Assembly (NCBI GenBank): GCA_048938105.1
Contig: JBHLMN010000043.1
Location: forward strand, 1 to 10,031
Source: Promethearchaeota archaeon
Lineage (GTDB): Archaea; Asgardarchaeota; Heimdallarchaeia; Hodarchaeales; Hodarchaeaceae
Reading direction: 5' to 3'
Length of the DNA: 10,031 bases
Shown here: in pieces, positions 1 through 6,264 of the stretch
Position numbering within the stretch: the first letter of the stretch is position 1
Layout of the letters: each line of letters opens with the position of its first letter
Position numbers and translations under genes: made by a program
Notes under the pieces: model-generated
Database searches by the model: none
Told to the model about the DNA's origin: nothing
The model's input: the letters and a program-made list of their open reading frames with translations, nothing else

Positions 1-495
1 TTCAATAATTGGATATACATGTACATCCAAAGAAGCTTCCTGGCTGATAACAAGAATAGAATCAAACTTTTGAGTTAATCCAAGCTGATTAACAATAAAG
101 GATGCAATTTTAGGGAGAAATAACCTAAAATTAAAACCAGTAAAAGAAAATAGGGATCCAATCTGTTTAAAGGCGTCATCTGATTTTGGAGTCAGATGAA
201 CGAGTGATATATTACCCGTATTGTCTGGAGAGAATTCAAGGAATCCCTTCTTTTCAAGCTTATTTAAGCTGTTGTAAAAGCTAGAAGCTGAGATCATTTT
301 CTGGGGAGATAAGTATAAATTTATACTTTGCAGAACATTATACCGCACAGTTCCTTCAGGAAAAACCGACATCATGAGTAATATAAAAACTTGGGATAGA
401 GATAAATCGATCACATCATCAAAGCCCGTAAAAGGCTCAACTGAATTACTATAGGTGACATTTCCTATTTTTTGTTTTCTTTTCTTTGGTGCCAA
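1..495 (-). CDS. Winged-helix (PadR/MarR-like) transcription regulator with an extra C-terminal region; runs off the left window edge
   Basis: Hand translation gives an open frame from TTG at 495 to position 1: MAPKKRKQKIGNVTYSNSVEPFTGFDDVIDLSLSQVFILLMMSVFPEGTVRYNVLQSINLYLSPQKMISASSFYNSLNKLEKKGFLEFSPD...VYPIIE. ISASSFYNSLNKLEKKGFL fits a wHTH recognition helix and wing. A GGAGA SD-like motif lies about 10 nt upstream. Absent from the ORF track because there is no stop in the window. Confidence 0.75.
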   Translation of the reverse strand, partial: MAPKKRKQKIGNVTYSNSVEPFTGFDDVIDLSLSQVFILLMMSVFPEGTVRYNVLQSINLYLSPQKMISASSFYNSLNKLEKKGFLEFSPDNTGNISLVHLTPKSDDAFKQIGSLFSFTGFNFRLFLPKIASFIVNQLGLTQKFDSILVISQEASLDVHVYPIIE

Positions 496-608
496 AAAAT
501 TTGTTCTCCATAATTGAATCAGTTAAATTATGATTCATTTACTTAGTGTCCAATACCGCAGTTTAAGGTTTATCTTTTTTATAGGTTTCCAATTCCTAAA
601 AACATAGT

Positions 609-655
609 TTTATAAATAGTTCCCATAATGGAAATTATGAATTCCAAAATTGGAA
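609..655 (+). promoter_or_regulatory. TATA box followed by two TTCC-N6-GGAA inverted-repeat operator candidates
   Basis: TTTATAAA at 609-616, TTCCCATAATGGAA at 620-633 and TTCCAAAATTGGAA at 642-655 (22-bp spacing), in the divergent intergenic region. Confidence 0.55.
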
Positions 656-718
656 AACGCTTTTAAGGATATTTATCTTCCTTAAATTCTTTGAAATTAA
701 TTCAAGAGTGAGAATACT

Positions 719-1429
719 ATGACCTTATTCAGACCACTTAGCAAAAAAATAATCCGTAGAAAGGCATGGGGAGTTCATAAAAAAGCTATAATCCAGATAT
801 TGACACCGAGATGCAGACAAGATGGAATGCCAGAAAACGGTCGCTTCACTCCCAAGGAGATTGAACAGATAATATCACGGGCAGAATCGAAAATTCAAGA
901 GTTAATGCCATTTTTCAAAGACCACGATAATATCGGTAATTACATGAATGAATATGCTGGATTGATACACTTAGCTATATACAAAGCAATGATAAAAGAA
1001 AAAATAGATCCCAGTTACGCTACGAACCTGGTCGCAGACTTGATCTGGCAAGTCCGTGTGAACATGAAGGGAGTGGTTCCAATAATTGATCCTTTGAGAT
1101 TGAAGCTGGCTAAGCTACGGACGAAGGATCCAGTAGCCTTTCTGGGAAAGCGCCTTAAAGATGCTTTGAAATTTCCCTACAGTGAACCAGGCTATAAAAT
1201 AAAACTGTACAAGGAGAAAAATGTGTATCATATGGATATCTATTCATGTCCTGTACATGATTTCTATACGCAATTCGGGCAAGAAGAGATGACTTTTTTC
1301 AGAAGAACTTGGTGTACCTATGATTATACTGTTGCCGAACATCTTGTTGAGAATGGTAAATATCAAAGAGAACACACGCTATCTGATGGTGATGAAGTGT
1401 GTGATATGAGATATTTCATTAGTGAATGA
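719..1429 (+). CDS. L-2-amino-thiazoline-4-carboxylic acid hydrolase (ATC_hydrolase)-family protein; real substrate unknown
   Basis: C-terminal pattern DIYSCPVHDFY...TWCTYDY...YQREHTLSDGDEVCDMRY matches the three-Cys signature of this family (CP...C..D...R..TL..G...CDF). Confidence 0.75.
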   Translation: MTLFRPLSKKIIRRKAWGVHKKAIIQILTPRCRQDGMPENGRFTPKEIEQIISRAESKIQELMPFFKDHDNIGNYMNEYAGLIHLAIYKAMIKEKIDPSYATNLVADLIWQVRVNMKGVVPIIDPLRLKLAKLRTKDPVAFLGKRLKDALKFPYSEPGYKIKLYKEKNVYHMDIYSCPVHDFYTQFGQEEMTFFRRTWCTYDYTVAEHLVENGKYQREHTLSDGDEVCDMRYFISE

Positions 1430-1559
1430 AAAAAATGAAGCCTGAAAACTTATATAAATTAATCTTGCAGAATTGATGTCTACGAAGACTTTTTACTAAT
1501 GATTCCAACCTTTCAAACGGAAACAACGAAAAAAAGTTAGATATAATCGATTCTTATGA

Positions 1560-1618
1560 GCATAACGTTGACTAGATTCAAAATAAATTCAAAAAATGCC
1601 AGTAACCGTTGGTTATAC
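1560..1618. repeat. 59-bp imperfect inverted-repeat element (GCATAAC...GTTATAC), attC-like or operator pair
   Basis: Outer arms TGAGCATAAC (1557-1566) and GTTATACTCA (1612-1621) are complementary at 9 of 10 positions. Inner arms GTT(G)ACTAG and CCAGTAAC pair with one extra base and one mismatch. The function is not established. Confidence 0.4.
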
Positions 1619-1734
1619 TCAAAAACGACTTCATTCTGAAAATTCCTGTATATACATAATTTCATCGGTGAATATTATTGTACCTAATGTGAATTTCACT
1701 AAACTCTAAGCAAGAATTGACATTGTAAATTGTT

Positions 1735-2343
1735 TTATTGTAGTCCCCTAATAAAAATCTTAAGAGCAGATTGGATATCTGCATTTATGTTATTACTCTC
1801 TTCTATACTAACAGGTGTCATATTATCTACTGATCTGTAGCTACTTCTTACACCATTTTCTATTGCAAAAATAAGTCTGGTAGTTTTTTTTACATCATTC
1901 TCTCTAATTTGTCCCCGTTTTATACATTTTTTCAGAATTCTTTCAAAGTTTTCTTTTTCTTCCTCTTCTATTTTATTTTTTATATCCTTCGCAATGGTAA
2001 TAAATTTTTGCACGTCTGCTTTTGTTACTTGTGGTATTAGTGCAGCTTGTTTAAACCACCATTGATGTCTTTTTTCAAAATAAATCAGGATTTTTTGATC
2101 ACAATTCATTTCTTCATCAATAGCTTTGTCAATTTCTTCGTATAATTTGGAGACAAGTGCTTTAAAGTCTCTGAGAACAATTGCCATGTAGATTGCTTCT
2201 TTGTTTTTGAAGTAGTAATAAATCGAGGCTTTGTTCAATCCAATTTTTTGTCCAATATCATCAAGAGTCGTCTTATTATAGCCAAATTTTTCGAAACATT
2301 CTCTTGCTGCTAATAATATTTGTTCTTGTCTTTTTTTTTTCAT
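1735..2343 (-). CDS. TetR/AcrR-family transcriptional regulator
   Basis: N-terminal HTH ILLAARECFEKFGYNKTTLDDIGQKIGLNKASIYYYFKNKEAIY, 202 aa, helical C-terminal domain. Confidence 0.95.
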   Translation of the reverse strand: MKKKRQEQILLAARECFEKFGYNKTTLDDIGQKIGLNKASIYYYFKNKEAIYMAIVLRDFKALVSKLYEEIDKAIDEEMNCDQKILIYFEKRHQWWFKQAALIPQVTKADVQKFITIAKDIKNKIEEEEKENFERILKKCIKRGQIRENDVKKTTRLIFAIENGVRSSYRSVDNMTPVSIEESNNINADIQSALKIFIRGLQ

Positions 2344-2345
2344 CT

Positions 2346-2380
2346 TCAGACCATTATTGTCGATTTAAAATAAAAATTTC
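2346..2380 (-). promoter_or_regulatory. Candidate promoter and operator for tetR (possibly a leaderless transcript)
   Basis: The minus strand reads TTTTTATTTTAAAT-CGACAATAATGGTCTGAAG-ATG: an AT box about 20-30 nt before the ATG, a GAC-N7-GTC dyad between box and start, and no SD motif. Confidence 0.3.
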
Positions 2381-2401
2381 TTCATTTTAAAAGTTAGTTC
2401 T

Positions 2402-2409
2402 AAAAAAAA
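2402..2409 (-). terminator. Oligo-T tract, archaeal-type terminator candidate
   Basis: T8 on the minus strand about 25 nt after the DUF4386 stop codon. Confidence 0.3.
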
Positions 2410-2432
2410 TCATACAATTGAATCTCTATGGA

Positions 2433-3140
2433 TTATACGCTTTTGATGCCTTTATATACGAACCATGTTCCAATTACTGGCTCAAATGGAATGTATGGAA
2501 TATTGAGCAGGAAAATAGACATCTCAGGATCATAAACTGCAAACAAAACGGAGATTGATAGCAAACAAATTGATACAAGCCCCCAAACCGCTAGTGGTTT
2601 AGGTCCAATTTTTGATTTATAGAATAAATAATACCAAACTATTGCTCCTAAAGCAAAGAATGTATTATGAATTATAAACGCGTAATCATAGAGCCCAGAA
2701 TAAAAGAAATGGGCAAATGTTAAGTAATATGAGTCTCCTGGAGTTCCAGCTTCAACGAATTCGAGACTTAATAAAATCATAGCAAAAATGCCAATTATCT
2801 CAAAAACAATGGTTATCGCTTCTGCTAACCACCATCCAAGTGCTAATTGTGCTAAAAGCTTATTTTGATCCTTAAAGACTGTATTTAACATTACTGCAAG
2901 AAAAATTATGCTAAGACTTGTGATCATTTGGATAAAAATACCTAGTCTTATTAAAGGAACATTATTAGAAATATTGACTAGAACATCTTCAATGGGAATA
3001 GAATTAAGTGGTGTTCCTGTAATTGGAGATGTTAATACTGGGTAAATTACACTTAGTACAAAAACAATTAAAAATGCAAGGCCCAGAAATATAAACTTAG
3101 TTTTATCTGAAATCAGCTGTTCTTTCTTATTTATAGACAT
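2433..3140 (-). CDS. DUF4386-family multi-pass membrane protein
   Basis: 235 aa with about 6 hydrophobic helices. Motifs LIRLGIFIQMI, IIFLAVML..VFK..NK.LA.LAL and YYLFYKSKI.PK.LAVWGL...FEPVIG.W resemble DUF4386. Confidence 0.8.
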   Translation of the reverse strand: MSINKKEQLISDKTKFIFLGLAFLIVFVLSVIYPVLTSPITGTPLNSIPIEDVLVNISNNVPLIRLGIFIQMITSLSIIFLAVMLNTVFKDQNKLLAQLALGWWLAEAITIVFEIIGIFAMILLSLEFVEAGTPGDSYYLTFAHFFYSGLYDYAFIIHNTFFALGAIVWYYLFYKSKIGPKPLAVWGLVSICLLSISVLFAVYDPEMSIFLLNIPYIPFEPVIGTWFVYKGIKSV

Positions 3141-3349
3141 TATTTGAACTTCCTAACCTGTTGACATTTGACTTAATAATCAAAACACTATCCACATTTT
3201 TATTTATGATAAAATTTTTTATGGTTTTCATTTTCACATCATTATACTTTAATTTTTTGCATATAGAGCAACTACTGTAGTTTAATAGTTAAAAAAATCG
3301 AATTTCAATAATTCTACTTTCAACTATATTGTTTGATATTAGAATGTGT

Positions 3350-3362
3350 TTTTTATATAAAT
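3350..3362 (-). promoter_or_regulatory. TATA box candidate upstream of the DUF4386 gene
   Basis: TTTATATAAA (self-complementary) about 210 nt upstream of the 3140 start, with an imperfect dyad TCAACTATATTGTTTGA (about 3320-3336) just downstream on the minus strand. Confidence 0.35.
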
Positions 3363-3767
3363 ATTACTATTTTCGCATGAAGAGTTAGGATCTTCGTTAT
3401 TTTTGAAAAATATAATGATAGTATTTCTGTTAGTGTAGTAGTACACATGATTCAAAGAAGATTGATGGTACGTATAATTTCAATAATGACTCGAGAAGGA
3501 GACTCTTCTTGTTCTTTGACTGAACTATACATACACTCCTTGTAGAATTATTAGGTGAAAGGTTCAATTGTACTTTGAATTAGCTGTGGAACATTTAACA
3601 GGTGATCTGGAAATTAATGTAGTTCATCTGGATTCTCTGATGTATTACTTTCTATTTGTTGAAAAGGCCAAGCTCTTTTAGGGGTTATTAGCAGAAATCA
3701 CTGTGATCAGATTGATTACATGTAAATGTTGGATAGAATTAAACTATTGTGAGATCCATATCTCTTG

Positions 3768-4103
3768 TTATTCGATTTTATCTAATACATCTCGTAATTT
3801 CTCGCTATAAGCCCTGAATGAGTTCTCTCCTACTTTTGTGATCATAATAATAGTATGGGATCGTCTAGGGAACAGTTCTTTCTTTCTAAGAATATAATTA
3901 GCCTCCTCCAACTTCTTGAGATGATGATCTAAATTACCAGCAGTCAGATGAAGAAGCTTTTGGAGCTCGCTAAAACGAACTTTCTTGCTAGTGTATAAAA
4001 TGAGCATGATTGGGAATCGAACTGGTGAGGTAAGGAGGTTGTTCTGAGATAGGAGTAAATCTGGTCTACCCTTGGACGTATTTTCCTGTTCATTGGAAGT
4101 CAT
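3768..4103 (-). CDS. Small winged-helix transcriptional regulator (ArsR-like / HTH_34 type)
   Basis: SPVRFPIMLILY...VRFSELQKLLHLTAGNLDHHLKKLEEANYI...TIIMITKVGE is a typical HTH_34 pattern. GAGGG SD-like motif upstream. Confidence 0.9.
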   Translation of the reverse strand: MTSNEQENTSKGRPDLLLSQNNLLTSPVRFPIMLILYTSKKVRFSELQKLLHLTAGNLDHHLKKLEEANYILRKKELFPRRSHTIIMITKVGENSFRAYSEKLRDVLDKIE

Positions 4104-4288
4104 TCTCTTCCCTCAAGTATGCCATTTGGTTTGCCTACAAATGGCCTTAGACTAGTAGTTCACCCTTGAGCAGCTCATGATCGTCTCCCAAAAGGACCAA
4201 TGATTATCAAAATTAGCAAATCGTTATCGTTAACCTGAGATGGAATGTAACTGCGAGTTCTCAATTCTAGCTTAAAGCTTAATGCTAT

Positions 4289-4939
4289 CTAATATCTCCT
4301 GATGATGGCCACTAGTGTTGCTATAAAGAATAAGGTAACACCTAGCTCCAATATTTGAAGGAATGGTAGAATGTTGCTAGGGGTGGGTAGGATAGAGGAG
4401 TGTGTTGATGAAAGACTGGTGGTATGGGGAGTGCCCCTAGAAGTAAGGGCCGGGCTTGTAGGAACGGGGGAATTAGCTAAAGGATTTTCTGTTAAGGTTA
4501 GGGTAATGTTATAATCGGATTGCGGTGTTTGGTGTGTACTGATGGGCTGCGGGTTCACCGCTATCAAGTGAATTGAGTAAGTAAAGGGATCCAATGTGAT
4601 GTTTATCCATTGCATTGATGCTTTCAATCCTGATGTCAGATTGTAAAATTTCAATGATGTATAGTGAAATCTAATTGAAACTTGGACTGTCACAAATCCT
4701 TCCCAGAAGCACTGCACATCCGTTGGACATCTTGCTTCTTCTAGGACGCCTGTAAACGTGATTGTTAGCAGTATGTCATCGATTGTCCTTGATTCGTTAA
4801 ATTTGAGGGTAATTTCCTCGTTTAGTGTAGATATCATGGTTGGATGAGAGAGAGCAGGATAATCTGGGAGTCTTTCTGTTCCCAAACTGAATAGAACCAC
4901 TACCACTGAAATAGAAATTATGAATGTATGACTTTTCAT
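4289..4939 (-). CDS. Secreted, C-terminally membrane-anchored protein with an RCPxDVxCxWxG domain
   Basis: N-terminal hydrophobic signal (MKSHTFIISISVVVVLFSLG), EEARCPTDVQCFWEG motif, four N-x-S/T sequons (NES, NLT, NIT, NIT), S/T/P-rich linker, C-terminal TM helix ending RRY. ATG 4939 is preferred over GTG 4948 because GGTGTGA then serves as the SD. Confidence 0.75.
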   Translation of the reverse strand: MKSHTFIISISVVVVLFSLGTERLPDYPALSHPTMISTLNEEITLKFNESRTIDDILLTITFTGVLEEARCPTDVQCFWEGFVTVQVSIRFHYTSLKFYNLTSGLKASMQWINITLDPFTYSIHLIAVNPQPISTHQTPQSDYNITLTLTENPLANSPVPTSPALTSRGTPHTTSLSSTHSSILPTPSNILPFLQILELGVTLFFIATLVAIIRRY

Positions 4940-5082
4940 ATATCTCACACCAGTGGAAGTTAGGAATAAATTTTGACTTCTCCCCTAAAAAGACTATATA
5001 TTAGAACATTCGATGACAATCTGTTTTCTGGTTGATTATCTTTTTCCACAACCATTCACGATTTATTACCATTTTAGCCACT

Positions 5083-5781
5083 TTATTCGTGGTCTTCAGC
5101 TGATTTGATATACTCTATGAATCCTTGTTCTAGTTTATGGAAATCTTTAAGCTTATCTATTGTTCCATAGGTCATACTGTTTGTTATTCTCTTCTTTTCC
5201 AAATCCACATTCCTAGATAAAATATACACCGTTTTCATATTTAGTATTTTATCTAATGAATTACCATATACAACATCTTCTTCTGCTGAAGCAGCTACTA
5301 TTTCCCCCAAGACGATTATTCCAGTATCATTCTCTCCACGATGGTGGGTCTCCTTATACCAACGTACTTTACATTCAAAATAAGCAAGACATTCTTTCAC
5401 TCTAGGTACATTCACTACTTTTGAGGGAATTGCAGTTAATCCAGATGCGTGAATTTCATCAACCCCCCTAGGGTATTTCTCTACTGTCTTCATGACTTGG
5501 GGAACCTGCTTTTCTGAAGGAATGTTTATGACAAACTCTTTAGTTGAAGCTATATTCTGGGCTGTATGGTGAGATGTCCAATCATAAAAGAGAAAGAATT
5601 GAGCATATTCATCACCGAAAGGTAATCCCCAAGAGTTTGGTTGAGCGTTTGGAATCCCTTTCTCATCAATAGTAGTAATGATATAAAGTGGATAAGGAAG
5701 TAAAATATTACTATAATACCAGCCAATATAATCAGGAAAATTAACTTCTTTAGGGGGAATAGCAGGAATATCAATTTTCAT
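5083..5781 (-). CDS. Flavin reductase-like protein (DIM6/NTAB, flavoredoxin family)
   Basis: PYPLYIITTIDEKGIPNAQPNSW...HHTAQNIASTKEFVINIP...SGLTAIPSKVVNVPRVKECLAYFECKV...IVLGEIV are characteristic of this family. Confidence 0.9.
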   Translation of the reverse strand: MKIDIPAIPPKEVNFPDYIGWYYSNILLPYPLYIITTIDEKGIPNAQPNSWGLPFGDEYAQFFLFYDWTSHHTAQNIASTKEFVINIPSEKQVPQVMKTVEKYPRGVDEIHASGLTAIPSKVVNVPRVKECLAYFECKVRWYKETHHRGENDTGIIVLGEIVAASAEEDVVYGNSLDKILNMKTVYILSRNVDLEKKRITNSMTYGTIDKLKDFHKLEQGFIEYIKSAEDHE

Positions 5782-5904
5782 GGTAAATCCTTCTTTTTTT
5801 CTCTTTGTATTATCAGAAGCATCAAATGATTGCAGGGAGTAGGTAAATAATTTTTGTAGGTTCTATTATATTAATAGATTCACCGTTCCTAAGATAGAAC
5901 CGTT

Positions 5905-5938
5905 TTTATATAAATCGCGGACATAGCGTTGGTTATGT
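5905..5938. promoter_or_regulatory. TATA box plus adjacent dyad ACATAGC-GTTG-GTTATGT
   Basis: TTTATATAAA at 5905-5914 (self-complementary, so direction is ambiguous) and a 7-bp-arm imperfect inverted repeat at 5921-5938. Confidence 0.45.
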
Positions 5939-5962
5939 ATGATTATTTTCAAACTTCAAAAA

Positions 5963-6043
5963 GAACGAAGAACGGCTTTACATGATGAAAGATAGATATT
6001 TTGATTCAGGAGGAACTTTATTTTCATGGGGTTCAATAGAACC
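5963..6043 (+). repeat. Intergenic copy of an internal methyltransferase segment (direct repeat, copy 1)
   Basis: Ungapped match to 7335-7415, 76/81 identical by manual alignment. Confidence 0.97.
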
Positions 6044-6264
6044 AAGATACTCAATCCAAGTTTTATACATTCCCAAATAGGATTTTTTTCAAGGAGAATG
6101 AAGTCATTGTCCATGTAAGTTAAATATAGGAACATTACTCTAAAAAAAAAGAATTAGTGAAAGAACCCCCATGATCAATTCACAATCCTATTAGGCCTAC
6201 ATAGATTATCCCAAAAATTACCTAGATCACAAGAATAAAAGACATTCATTAAGAGGTGAGTTTT

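Noticed and set aside
618-645. CATAA-N6-TTATG read as a dif-like site
   Set aside because: About one ATAA-N6-TTAT is expected by chance in this much AT-rich intergenic DNA, the outer arms match poorly, and the TTCC-N6-GGAA pair explains the region better.
3467-3494. GGTACGTATAA resembling a XerC-binding arm
   Set aside because: The partner arm (TAATGACTCGA) is poor and the core differs from the CGTTGG-core sites.
3751-3764. GAGAT-N4-ATCTC hairpin after the wHTH stop codon
   Set aside because: Only a 5-bp stem with no T tract, too weak to call a terminator.
5550-5774. 74-aa minus-strand ORF in the track
   Set aside because: Nested in another frame of the well-supported flavin reductase gene, with no recognisable motif.
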